From a virus (Duplodnaviria > Caudoviricetes), in the IMG/VR virus record IMGVR_UViG_3300025018_000091: a DNA stretch of 64,000 nucleotides, one strand, 5' to 3'. Numbering within the stretch: the first letter of the stretch is position 1; each line of letters starts with the position of its first letter. The notes beneath the pieces are model-generated. The model was not told where the DNA came from and ran no database searches. It saw nothing but the letters and a program-made list of their open reading frames with translations. Both the position numbers and the translations under genes were made by a program. Below, one piece after another: positions 1 to 8,792 of the stretch.

Positions 1-603
1 CATCTTGGAATTTTCTCCAGCCGAATAGTGGTTATGAGCATAATCCCAGTTAGCTACATGCAAACCATAACTGCATGTTTGGGTAGGATCTTCATTGACT
101 TTATTACGAGGCATTTCAACAGTCTTGCCAACGGAATTGTCAATTGTTCCTGTGTATTGGTCCAAAAAATCACCACGAACCTTCTTATAAGCGATAAAAC
201 AACCATTATCAGTGATAGGATGATCGTTCTTCTCCAAGAATTCAAACAATTCATTGACTGCACGGAACGAAGGGTTCTTCTGAAGATTCTCAGCAAACTT
301 CACCAAAGGTTCATAGGGCAAGCCTTCATTGGAGAATCGTACAATCTTATCACCAAGAACCTTGGGAGCTAAAACTTCTTTGACAAAGATTTGACCGTTA
401 TCAACAACAAAGTTCCCCTTACCAAAAGCCTCAATTCTCTTGGCGGCTGAAACTAGATTTGGAATCTCTTCCAAATTCTTTTCCTTTACAGCCTTAATAA
501 GATGGTCTGCAAGCGCATCTGTTCTGGAAACAATATGCGTTTGTCCATCATAATTTACGGTAATATTCTGATCTGTAATCAACCAACTAACTCTTGTGCT
601 CAT
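1..603 (-). CDS. rIIB: rIIB-like protein (3' end runs off the window; not in ORF track)
   Basis: Manual translation from ATG at 603 (AGGAG upstream): MSTRVSWLITDQNITVNYDGQ...NPSFRAVNELFEFL...ITDNGCFIAYKKVR...VEMPRNKVNEDPTQTCSYGLHV. These are rIIB-type motifs, directly downstream of rIIA. Confidence 0.85.
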   Translation of the reverse strand, partial: MSTRVSWLITDQNITVNYDGQTHIVSRTDALADHLIKAVKEKNLEEIPNLVSAAKRIEAFGKGNFVVDNGQIFVKEVLAPKVLGDKIVRFSNEGLPYEPLVKFAENLQKNPSFRAVNELFEFLEKNDHPITDNGCFIAYKKVRGDFLDQYTGTIDNSVGKTVEMPRNKVNEDPTQTCSYGLHVANWDYAHNHYSAGENSKM

Positions 604-617
604 GTTCATTCTCCTGT

Positions 618-2717
618 TTAGTCTGCATCTACGTAATTAATATACTTTGACAAATCACCAACCAAATCATTATATTGGTAGGTATTTAAATGTTTAATTA
701 GGGGATATTTATTGTTATATTTAACATCCATAGCTCCTATATCATACTCTGGATTATTCTTAACCAGATCTTCAAGATCCTTACTTGTAATATCTCCATT
801 AATTGACTCAAAAATATCTAGCAAACCATAATCTGTTTGAGCTAGTTTTTTGATCTTTTCATGCAAATCCAATCTTTTAAGAAACAAACTATCAGGATCT
901 GAGATTAATTTCTTAAATTTGTTAGCGTTCCTTAATTGTCGGTTATCAACTATATATTGATTGTTTCTCGCGAAGTGAATCTCGACAAAATTAATTGTAG
1001 TGTTTGCAATAACTTTTGTCTTAAGAAAATCTTCAAGGTTTACAAAGTTTGCAAAATCCGCATCAATCCTATCTTGAGGCGCAGAAGCATCCAATCCATA
1101 AAAAGAAACGCCTGGAAATGTTTTCATAAGAGTTTTAAATGCGGAACCATTAAGACTCTTACCATTCTTAAGAATTGCCCACCTATTACCCGCATAAGAA
1201 TATGACTCCTTCGATATCTGACAAAGAACCTTTATATTCTGATCATCATCGATAGACGAAAAACTAACTTGCCTAAAATTATAGTTACTAGGCTCTACCT
1301 TGAAAACAAGCAATCTTGATGTTGATGCTGTATATTTTCGTGACGAAGCCTTTGTAATCTCCGACAAAAGCCTAGGCTTCATTGAGGCTAAATTATGCTT
1401 TACATTTAGTATATCCTCAGTTACTTTATCATTCGGACAAATTACTTGAACGTTCTTTAAGTTAGGATTGTCTTCGAAAGCCTTTTTTACATGGCGACCA
1501 GTAGGCTCCTTAATAGTTAGATCATTAATGAAAAGCTCAGAATTCTCTTCAAAATGAAGAGATTTATTACTTCCCTGCCTACTAATCTTATTAGGGTCTG
1601 TTCCATACTTTCTAGAATACTTGCCCTTAGTAAAATAGAATACCGGGCAATCAATTGTTAATACCGAGTGATCTACTAATGGAATTCCGCGCCAATACAG
1701 TTTACCCAAGAACCCAATGTTCGAAAAAGCACTAGTTAATTCTTGGCGATAATATACATTAGCTAGCCACAAATTATCAAAAGATTCAATTTTAGAAACA
1801 ACTCTAGACTTAACTTCTGCTGCCATACTATCAAGTCTATCTTTGATCTTATCTTGTGTCTTTTTGTCTAGATACACCTGTTCGCGACTCGCTGACAAAC
1901 TAAGTTCACCAACATCGAAATATAAATAAACATTTCCTCGTGCAGAATCAATCATCTTGCTATCAGCATATGTTCTTAAAGCTGAAAGCTCAAGTGGATA
2001 TTCAATACCATCAATGATTAATTTGATCTCTCTATGCCAACTATTAGATACGGTACCAATAGACCATTTATCGCCTTCAATCACTGTAGTGGTCTCAACA
2101 TAATTAATGTTACCACCCTTAATAATTGGCTTCACGTCCCAATAACGAGTTGATTGTTCTGTCCACTGAATAAAATGTTTTGTGTCTACGAGTTTAACAG
2201 GAATGATAATTTCCGTTCCATTAGGTGCTGTAGTGGTCGAAGAAGAGAATAATGCTAACTTTCCAACCTTAGTTTCATCAATGAAACATGCATAATTATA
2301 TTGCATACCATTAACATTAGTGACGATTGTAAATGTGTCAGAATAGGAGAAAGGAGTCTTTGCTCCCAATCCAAACCCACCTGTTTGTAAATTGTCTTCT
2401 CTTTTTGTACTGGCGGTGTATTGAATAAAAATGTTAGACATACGGTCAGGACTGATGCCTGGACCAAAATCTTTAATCTTATAGAATGGTTCTAGTGAAT
2501 TTGGAAGATGAATCTCAATTGGAACTTCGGGTGTTCCAACTTCACGATGAGCATCTCTTGCATTACATGAAATCTCCCTGCAAATAGCAAGAATTGGATT
2601 TGAATACATTTTGTTACGCAAGATATCAAAGATCATACCTTGGTCTTTGATCGAGAAAAACTGTTCTTCAAGCTCGCCAGATGTCTCAATAGTCGGTCTA
2701 TCTTCATTCAATCGCAT
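618..2717 (-). CDS. rIIA: rIIA-like protein (N-terminal GHKL/HSP90-like ATPase)
   Basis: MYSNPILAICREISCNARDAH, IKDFGPGIS, GGFGLGAKTPFSY, LSLSASREQ; adjacent to rIIB. Confidence 0.9.
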   Translation of the reverse strand: MRLNEDRPTIETSGELEEQFFSIKDQGMIFDILRNKMYSNPILAICREISCNARDAHREVGTPEVPIEIHLPNSLEPFYKIKDFGPGISPDRMSNIFIQYTASTKREDNLQTGGFGLGAKTPFSYSDTFTIVTNVNGMQYNYACFIDETKVGKLALFSSSTTTAPNGTEIIIPVKLVDTKHFIQWTEQSTRYWDVKPIIKGGNINYVETTTVIEGDKWSIGTVSNSWHREIKLIIDGIEYPLELSALRTYADSKMIDSARGNVYLYFDVGELSLSASREQVYLDKKTQDKIKDRLDSMAAEVKSRVVSKIESFDNLWLANVYYRQELTSAFSNIGFLGKLYWRGIPLVDHSVLTIDCPVFYFTKGKYSRKYGTDPNKISRQGSNKSLHFEENSELFINDLTIKEPTGRHVKKAFEDNPNLKNVQVICPNDKVTEDILNVKHNLASMKPRLLSEITKASSRKYTASTSRLLVFKVEPSNYNFRQVSFSSIDDDQNIKVLCQISKESYSYAGNRWAILKNGKSLNGSAFKTLMKTFPGVSFYGLDASAPQDRIDADFANFVNLEDFLKTKVIANTTINFVEIHFARNNQYIVDNRQLRNANKFKKLISDPDSLFLKRLDLHEKIKKLAQTDYGLLDIFESINGDITSKDLEDLVKNNPEYDIGAMDVKYNNKYPLIKHLNTYQYNDLVGDLSKYINYVDAD

Positions 2718-2783
2718 GTCTATCTCCTAGACTAAATTGTTCCAATAATTATGGACGACTCACTGCCGCCCGCTTTCTCTGAC

Positions 2784-2811
2784 AATATGCTTCCTTAAAA
2801 ATTAGAGTCAA
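2784..2811 (-). promoter_or_regulatory. sigma70-like early promoter
   Basis: TTGACT-N16-CATATT upstream of rIIA; same architecture recurs at 8 sites. Confidence 0.65.
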
Positions 2812-2841
2812 CTCGCGCTCATTTTTTAAAATTGAAACCGA

Positions 2842-3324
2842 TTAATTTATCGCCATCCAAACCAAGGGAATCAAAAAGATTATATGAATGATTTGATCGA
2901 CGGTAATCATGATGATTTTGCCTAATGGAGTCTTAGAAAATTCAAAAAAACCTTCTTTATCATCCCTTGGGTATCCAATTATATTTCCTTCAGAAAGTAC
3001 TTGATATTTATAAAGTTCAAACATTTCTGGCGGCTTGCGAACATACTTAGCCCAAAGATAGACTGGAATATATGTATCCTCAATGAAATGAGAAAAGAAT
3101 AAAATTAGCAATCCTGCATAAAATTCAAAAAAATTAAGCTGCATTAGCAACATAATTGGAATAAATCCGGCAGTATAAATTAAACAATGCCTTGCTCTTA
3201 TTAATGGAGAATTGTTCTTCTCCATTGCTTCTTTATGAGTTTGAAATAACCAATCTACAACAAAATGTACAAATGTTAATAGAAAAAGAAGCCCGCCTGC
3301 ATTAGCTAATGTTTGAATTATCAT
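2842..3324 (-). CDS. DUF3307-like membrane protein
   Basis: HFVVDWLFQT, HCLIY, SHFIED, VDQIIH motifs with hydrophobic segments. Confidence 0.7.
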   Translation of the reverse strand: MIIQTLANAGGLLFLLTFVHFVVDWLFQTHKEAMEKNNSPLIRARHCLIYTAGFIPIMLLMQLNFFEFYAGLLILFFSHFIEDTYIPVYLWAKYVRKPPEMFELYKYQVLSEGNIIGYPRDDKEGFFEFSKTPLGKIIMITVDQIIHIIFLIPLVWMAIN

Positions 3325-3617
3325 TTCTTATTCTTTTCGAAATAAAGCTTTTCTGCCTGCTCATAAGTAAGATTTAGATGTTCTAACAAAAAATTAAGTA
3401 GAGCATATTGAGAACAATGTTCTACTCTGCAAATACAACAGCTTATACATTGTTCATACTGAAAATCTGGGTCATCACCCTCGGGAATCCACGTAAATTC
3501 GGGATCAGCACATGTTTTACTACAAAATTGAGCACCGCACTCACAATAGATAGTATAATCACTATCATCTCTAAAACCAGTGCGGCACTTATGACATTGA
3601 TAATAATCAACACCCAT
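3321..3617 (-). CDS. hypothetical Cys-rich (Zn-binding) protein
   Basis: Multiple CxxC motifs; overlaps neighbours in operon fashion. Confidence 0.6.
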   Translation of the reverse strand: MGVDYYQCHKCRTGFRDDSDYTIYCECGAQFCSKTCADPEFTWIPEGDDPDFQYEQCISCCICRVEHCSQYALLNFLLEHLNLTYEQAEKLYFEKNKK

Positions 3618-3619
3618 AA

Positions 3620-5227
3620 TTATGCCCTTAAGTCAAACACTCTACCGAATGGCGGTGTAAATGCACTTCCACTTGTAATCAGCCAGATAACATCTTTACC
3701 AGGATTTTTCATCTCTACGATATCAGAATCCAATAAAAATCCATCTGTAATTACAATTAGAAAGTCACAATGACCAAGATTTTGTTCATAATTTTCAAAG
3801 AAATCGGCAAATTTGGTTCCACCTCTGCCATATACTTTTACTTTCATAAGTTCTTCTTGATCAGCCTTTTTGATCTTAACAGCCTTGTCCCAATAGATTT
3901 CTGCATCGGCTGGAACGATTGTTCCTTCCGCACGCTCATCTAAAGCGCATAGCTGAGATAAACCGAATGCCATATCGTCCTTACCCATAGAACCACTAGT
4001 ATCAAGTAAACAACCAAAATGAGCATAATAGTTCCTTCTTTTAGGAACAAGCAACCCTACAAACATAGGACGAGTTCTAAATCTAGTCCAATCATTACGA
4101 CCATTTCCTGCTCTAGCTTTTATTAAACGAGTACGAATAATATCTTGCCAAGTAACTTTAGGTGCAGTCAATTTGCCTAACTCATCTTCTAGCGCAGCAG
4201 GAACATGCCCTGCCATTTTCTTTGCAGCTTCCATAGCATCAGAGATTCTCTTAGCTAATTTCTCTTCAGATTCTTCTGTATCCATGTGGTCATCTAAAGT
4301 TCCACCGAATCCAAAGATATCAAAACCACCGCCACATTCTGGGCAACTCCCTCCTCCACAGCTTGGACATTGGTCATCATCACCTTGATCGTCACCATTA
4401 CTGGGATTATTTCCCTTTCCCTTTTCCTTACCTTTCCCATCACCTTTGCCTTTATCTTTACCTTTTTGACCAGATTTAGGGAACTTATACATACCAACAC
4501 TGCCGCATTTAGGACACTTAGGTAGTAAGTTATATAGCATATCGTAAATCTTTTCGGGGCGTTTCATTTCCTCTTCTAGATCCGGATCAGCATAATAAAA
4601 CTTAACTGACTTCTCCCTGCGTTCTAATTCTTTTTGTTCTTGAGGAGTTAGTTCTCTATCTTCATTCGGCTTAGGAAGGCTAATATGTGGGTCTTGGTCA
4701 AATCCTGGGTGTAAATCTTCAAATCCTTTTGGTGGATGGAATGGATCTTTAAGCAACTTGGCATATGCTTTTAGCGGCATATATCTTCCCACTTCCTTAG
4801 TGAAGACGTCATGGGGATTATGTTTTCTTGCTTTTAAGTCTTCCATACAAGTACCGTTAACAATATAGTCGACGGCGATGTTCCATAGCTTAGGTATACG
4901 AGAACCTCTGCGTTGAGGGTGCATATAAATTGCGTGCCATGCTTCATGGCTACAGATAATACGCAATCCCTTTCGACTTGTTTTTAAAACGAATTTTGGA
5001 TTCCAATAATACCTTTTGCCATCAGTTGCGGCGGTAGGCATATTAAGAGTACAGATGTGATCTATTGGATACATTAAACCAAAAATCAGCGGGTCTCCAC
5101 CTAAACCTGTACCAACGTGTTCGTTGTTATATCTTGTACCTAATTCTAAAAAGACCTGTGATAATTTTTCTTCAGCTTTGGCGACTAACTTATCATCAAC
5201 CTTACCAATGATTCTAGAAAATTTCAT
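3620..5227 (-). CDS. DUF2201-type putative metallopeptidase + VWA domain protein
   Basis: TAATDG, HEAWH (HExxH), WNIAVDYIVN, C-terminal LDTSGSM...GGT...ITDG MIDAS motif. Confidence 0.85.
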   Translation of the reverse strand: MKFSRIIGKVDDKLVAKAEEKLSQVFLELGTRYNNEHVGTGLGGDPLIFGLMYPIDHICTLNMPTAATDGKRYYWNPKFVLKTSRKGLRIICSHEAWHAIYMHPQRRGSRIPKLWNIAVDYIVNGTCMEDLKARKHNPHDVFTKEVGRYMPLKAYAKLLKDPFHPPKGFEDLHPGFDQDPHISLPKPNEDRELTPQEQKELERREKSVKFYYADPDLEEEMKRPEKIYDMLYNLLPKCPKCGSVGMYKFPKSGQKGKDKGKGDGKGKEKGKGNNPSNGDDQGDDDQCPSCGGGSCPECGGGFDIFGFGGTLDDHMDTEESEEKLAKRISDAMEAAKKMAGHVPAALEDELGKLTAPKVTWQDIIRTRLIKARAGNGRNDWTRFRTRPMFVGLLVPKRRNYYAHFGCLLDTSGSMGKDDMAFGLSQLCALDERAEGTIVPADAEIYWDKAVKIKKADQEELMKVKVYGRGGTKFADFFENYEQNLGHCDFLIVITDGFLLDSDIVEMKNPGKDVIWLITSGSAFTPPFGRVFDLRA

Positions 5228-5263
5228 ATGAACTCCAATTCATTATATATCTTAAGGTTGCTA

Positions 5264-6421
5264 TCAGTCATCTACTTGCTTCTTGATCTTATTAAGAACC
5301 TCTTCCCAATCAGGATGTTCATCTAGATTAAATTGAACTAAACGATCAATTTGAATTTGGCTACGAACAGCGACCAAAACATTTTCATACGAAACCCTTT
5401 GGAGGAACTTACCTACATGTTTAATGGATGGAGGAGGTTCATTTTCATTAGATTGATCTAATTGAGTTGCTAAGCGAGCACAAGTAATCATACAGGCTAC
5501 CAACTTCTTAGTAGGAGCCATAGGATTATATCTACTAGATACATCTTTGCCTTCATAGATATCTTCAATCATTGGCAACAGTTCTTGATAATGCTCGTAA
5601 TAGCTAGAATATTTAAGCCCTGCGTCTTTACCAACACACCCAGATACCTTAGTATTAAGGAGTGTAGTGTTCCATCCATGAGCTTCACCTTTATATAGCA
5701 GTTGTGAAGCTCTATCCCAACCTCTAGGAGAAGGGTCAGCATATCGATCATCTGGGTCTACATTACCAAAAAGATCCCTTGGATGGTCAGTAATATATGC
5801 AGTAACAGATGGATGAATGTGACCTCTCTTACCTGCCCATTCAAGCCAGGACGTGGCATCAGCTTCAACCAAATACTTTTCAGACCTATCTAAAAGAGGT
5901 AGGCTTGGTCTTGCGCCACCTTCAGAAATCAAGTTACCAGTCATAATAATTGACTTTAATTGTGGCAATGGACGACCATTAATTGATCTAAACTGAGTAA
6001 ACTCTAATAAAGGAGCCCAAAGGGAAGTATCTGCTTTATCTACTTCATCTAATAGTGCAACAACGCCTTCACTGCCATCAACCATGGGTTCATAGAATTG
6101 AGGTAGTAGGAAATCTACGAATTTTCGTTGTAGATTTGCTGCCATAATATTTGGATAACCGCCCATATCTACTCTTTCAAGCACAGAAAGATTAAGATAA
6201 ACTTCATGCATTCCAGCCTTTTTGATTTGATATTTGGCGATTTCGGTCTTACCGGTTCCTCTTCGACCAAACACTGCAATGTTACTATCCACTTGAATAG
6301 CAGCAGCTATATGTTCTGACAAATCTTTTGTGCTTAGTTTCTGCAGATTGAAATCAGAAGTGGTCATTACCTGTTGTTGCGTTTGAGCCATCTTATTCTC
6401 CGTGTAAATCCATAAATACAA
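5264..6421 (-). CDS. MoxR-like AAA+ ATPase
   Basis: Walker A GRRGTGKT, Walker B LLDEVD, TGN sensor, SPRGW; paired with VWA gene. Confidence 0.85.
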   Translation of the reverse strand: MYLWIYTENKMAQTQQQVMTTSDFNLQKLSTKDLSEHIAAAIQVDSNIAVFGRRGTGKTEIAKYQIKKAGMHEVYLNLSVLERVDMGGYPNIMAANLQRKFVDFLLPQFYEPMVDGSEGVVALLDEVDKADTSLWAPLLEFTQFRSINGRPLPQLKSIIMTGNLISEGGARPSLPLLDRSEKYLVEADATSWLEWAGKRGHIHPSVTAYITDHPRDLFGNVDPDDRYADPSPRGWDRASQLLYKGEAHGWNTTLLNTKVSGCVGKDAGLKYSSYYEHYQELLPMIEDIYEGKDVSSRYNPMAPTKKLVACMITCARLATQLDQSNENEPPPSIKHVGKFLQRVSYENVLVAVRSQIQIDRLVQFNLDEHPDWEEVLNKIKKQVDD

Positions 6422-6446
6422 TAATCATCGGCAATTTGAATGTCAA
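6418..6446 (-). promoter_or_regulatory. sigma70-like promoter
   Basis: TTGACA-N17-TATTGT upstream of the MoxR gene. Confidence 0.6.
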
Positions 6447-6462
6447 TGCCGTGTAAAATAAT

Positions 6463-6768
6463 TCAATTCAAATTTTTAGAATCGCTTGCAATGTTTAGTT
6501 TATTATTTTTGTAATCATCTAAAAATTGCCGATGTACTTGCCAGACATCTTTTCCAAATGACATTTTTCCTGCTGTGAACTGGATCCGGACAATTAATGA
6601 ATCTGGACAAGAAAGTTTTTCTAATTCTTCACAAAGCCACAATCCGGCATAACATACTTCTCTAATAACTGGGGATTCAATTAAACCCTTTGGCAATCTA
6701 TCATCATTATCAATTTCTTTGGACCAACGACTGATATCATCAGTCGAGATAAAGCTCGGTCTAGACAT
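6463..6768 (-). CDS. hypothetical protein
   Basis: Start moved to MSRPSF (ATG 6768) because the longer ORF overlaps a tRNA and terminator. Confidence 0.6.
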   Translation of the reverse strand: MSRPSFISTDDISRWSKEIDNDDRLPKGLIESPVIREVCYAGLWLCEELEKLSCPDSLIVRIQFTAGKMSFGKDVWQVHRQFLDDYKNNKLNIASDSKNLN

Positions 6769-6784
6769 ATATAAATCCTTAATA

Positions 6785-6812
6785 AACAAAAAAGGCTCCA
6801 ATATGGAACCTT
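6785..6812 (-). terminator. Rho-independent terminator
   Basis: AAAGGTTCCA-TAT-TGGAGCCTTT followed by a T-run, right after tRNA-Arg. Confidence 0.6.
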
Positions 6813-6889
6813 TGGTATCCCCGGCAGGACTCGAACCTGCAATCTTCGCGTTCGTAGCGCGCTGCATTAATCCATTGTGCTACGGGGAC
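6813..6889 (-). tRNA. tRNA-Arg(ACG)
   Basis: Cloverleaf, loop CT-ACG-AA, GGTTCGAGT T-arm, encoded CCA. Confidence 0.9.
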
Positions 6890-6895
6890 ATAAAC

Positions 6896-7189
6896 TTACC
6901 AATTAATATATACAAAGTCTTCAGAATCATAATCAGTATTGGAATACCAATTAGTAATTTCACTATCTATCTTACAAGCATAACCTTCTTTTGATAAAAT
7001 CGTCATTGCTTTGCGAAGAATATCTATTGTGAAGGGAAGTTTGGATACTTCGGTTCTCATTCCAAAGTTTCCTAGCTTTGCACTAGAAATAGATAGATTT
7101 CGCAGATATTCGGCTGCTGACTTAGCTTTATCTTGAGACTGGGCGTTGCTTACTTTCTCAGCCATCTTACGTAATTCATGCGCTAACAT
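6896..7189 (-). CDS. hypothetical protein
   Basis: ORF between tRNAs with GAGG RBS. Confidence 0.55.
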   Translation of the reverse strand: MLAHELRKMAEKVSNAQSQDKAKSAAEYLRNLSISSAKLGNFGMRTEVSKLPFTIDILRKAMTILSKEGYACKIDSEITNWYSNTDYDSEDFVYINW

Positions 7190-7207
7190 AGTAACTTACC
7201 TCGTTGT

Positions 7208-7280
7208 TGGCACCCCTGCTAGGATTCGAACCTAGACAAAGAGCTTCGTAGACTCTTGCGTAATCCATTACGACAGGGGT
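7208..7280 (-). tRNA. tRNA-Arg(ACG), second copy with short D-arm
   Basis: Acceptor ACCCCTG/CAGGGGT, loop CT-ACG-AA, GGTTCGAATCC, CCA. Confidence 0.8.
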
Positions 7281-7286
7281 ATAAGT

Positions 7287-7358
7287 TGGCACCCCATAGA
7301 GGAGTTGAACCTCTTGGCTGAGTTTAGAAGACTCTGCTGCAGTTCCGCTGCATGGGGC
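7287..7358 (-). tRNA. tRNA-Arg(TCT), atypical short D-arm
   Basis: Acceptor GCCCCAT/ATGGGGT, loop CT-TCT-AA, GGTTCAACTCC, CCA. Confidence 0.7.
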
Positions 7359-7373
7359 ATATATTATCAAACG

Positions 7374-7448
7374 TGGTGGATATGATAGGAATTACACCTA
7401 CTGCTCCCGATTCTCGTTTCTACTAAATGGTTAATCGGTCCCATACCC
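7374..7448 (-). ncRNA. tRNA-like RNA (acceptor + T-arm + one hairpin; G3.U70, A73, CCA)
   Basis: GGGTATG/CATATCC-A-CCA acceptor, GTAGG-TGTAATT-CCTAT T-arm, CCGATT/AATCGG helix in place of D and anticodon arms. Confidence 0.55.
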
Positions 7449-7452
7449 ATTA

Positions 7453-7528
7453 TGGTGATCCCAACGGGATTCGAACCCGTATTATCAACGTGAGAGGCTG
7501 GTGTCCTGAGCCATTAGACGATGGGACC
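7453..7528 (-). tRNA. tRNA-Glu(CTC)
   Basis: Cloverleaf, loop CT-CTC-AC, CCA. Confidence 0.9.
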
Positions 7529-7532
7529 ATTT

Positions 7533-7607
7533 TGGTGTGATCAATGGAATTTGAATCCATTCTAACTGAGTCACAATCAGTCGTGCAACCAATACACTAT
7601 GATCACC
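7533..7607 (-). tRNA. tRNA-His(GTG) with genomic G-1 and A73 discriminator
   Basis: Loop TT-GTG-AC; acceptor GTGATCA/TGATCAC-A-CCA. Confidence 0.9.
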
Positions 7608-7615
7608 ATAATTAT

Positions 7616-8077
7616 TTACTTAATTTTCCTGCCCCAATTACTGGTTTGAGAGTGACAATTTGGACATAAAAATCTAAGATTTTCCAACCTATTATTTAAC
7701 GGGTTTCCATCTTTATGATCAATTTGTAAAACTAACGGCTTATCATTCCAATAAGAAATTATACCACAAATGTCACATTTTTCTTTTACATTCGATTCCA
7801 ATAAAGCTCTTCGTAATTTATATGCTGTTTCGCGCAATCCATTTCTTCTATTGTAAGTTAATATTACATCTTTATTTAATTTGCCAGTATAATATTTCCC
7901 TCCTTTATTTGCGGCACATCCCAAAAAATGTGATGTATCAATTCCATATTCTACTATTATTTTTTTTTATATGAGACCATGAAGATCCATTTTTATGATG
8001 GAATCCTAATTTTTTCATTACTTCTAAAATAGAAAAAGATTCTTTTACAATTGGCTCAAGAATTTCTTTTGTAAAAC
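7616..8077 (-). pseudogene. HNH endonuclease, frameshifted and lacking a start codon
   Basis: C-terminal LQIDHKDGN...NRLENLRFLCPNCH; upstream FTKEILEPIVKESFS...SHIKK lies in another frame across a T9 run at 7960-7968; the 5' end is fused to a half tRNA. Confidence 0.7.
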
Positions 8078-8121
8078 CAAGTGTCTGAGACTTGTATGTA
8101 TGCCAGTTCCATCACCTAAGC
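8078..8121 (-). pseudogene. 5' part of tRNA-Leu(CAG), T-arm and 3' acceptor strand missing
   Basis: GCTTAGG-TG-ATGGAACTGGCATACAT-A-CAAGT-CTCAGAC-ACTTG, then HNH coding sequence. Confidence 0.7.
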
Positions 8122-8123
8122 AT

Positions 8124-8211
8124 TGGTGCCGATGGTGGGACTCGAACCCACACGAGAATTAACCCCGGAAGTTTTTGAGACTTCTGCGTCTGCCAATTCC
8201 GCCACACCGGC
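8124..8211 (-). tRNA. tRNA-Leu(CAA)
   Basis: Loop CT-CAA-AA, long variable arm, CCA. Confidence 0.92.
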
Positions 8212-8268
8212 ATATCTTATATGTTCTGTTAGTAATATATCGTAAGATTTATTTCCTCTCCTGAACAC

Positions 8269-8296
8269 AATGTAAATCTTTATTTTTGCCTGTCAA
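8269..8296 (-). promoter_or_regulatory. sigma70-like early promoter
   Basis: TTGACA-N16-TACATT upstream of the tRNA cluster. Confidence 0.65.
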
Positions 8297-8324
8297 GCCC
8301 TCGCATTTTTTTTATTTTGCATGC

Positions 8325-8792
8325 TTATTTATTTGGATTTATTATTAAAATTTCTTTTCCAACCGTTTTTGCATAAGCAATACAATTAGCTGTTCCCCCA
8401 GAAGTACCATCATGGATTCCAATTAGAAGATCACATTGATCTACCATCCACATATTCCTAATCTGCATTTTATGTGAACTATATCCTGATTCACTTGTAT
8501 ATACAATATCATGTGCTTTAGATAAAAGCTTTTGATAAATTATCTGCGAAGAATCTGGCCATTTCTTTTCCTGACCTTCAAAGGGCACCGCCGCAATAAA
8601 TGGAATCTTTAATTTTATAGCTATATTTGCTGCCCACTGGTCAACGCCTAATGCCATTCCAGAAATAATCTTTTCAGGTTTAAATTCTCGTAAATGCTTA
8701 TCAATTTGTTGACAAACATGAATGTAAGTTGGGTTTGGAAGATTATATCCGCCAAGTTTATTAGGTCTATGACCAGTAAATGCAATAATCAT
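8325..8792 (-). CDS. YspA/DUF1273-like SLOG-family protein
   Basis: AFTGHRP, ISGMALGVDQWAA, PFEGQEKKW, RNMWMVD, GGTANCI. Confidence 0.85.
   Translation of the reverse strand: MIIAFTGHRPNKLGGYNLPNPTYIHVCQQIDKHLREFKPEKIISGMALGVDQWAANIAIKLKIPFIAAVPFEGQEKKWPDSSQIIYQKLLSKAHDIVYTSESGYSSHKMQIRNMWMVDQCDLLIGIHDGTSGGTANCIAYAKTVGKEILIINPNK

Noticed and set aside
28-372. Plus-strand 114-aa ORF and minus-strand 54..296 ORF
   Set aside because: Shadow frames of the rIIB gene read from 603.
7176-7370. 64-aa ORF in the tRNA cluster (also 53882..54085, 62116..62385, 62827..63027)
   Set aside because: These overlap recognisable tRNA genes and have no protein motifs.
7374-7448. tRNA-Sec or tRNA-Pyl interpretation of the odd tRNA-like RNA
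   Set aside because: No TCA or CTA anticodon in a 7-nt loop, no long variable arm, and a 7-bp acceptor stem.
7616-8121. Group I intron or split tRNA explanation for tRNA halves next to HNH genes (also 62351..62859)
   Set aside because: No matching 3' exon after either HNH gene and no room for a ribozyme core.
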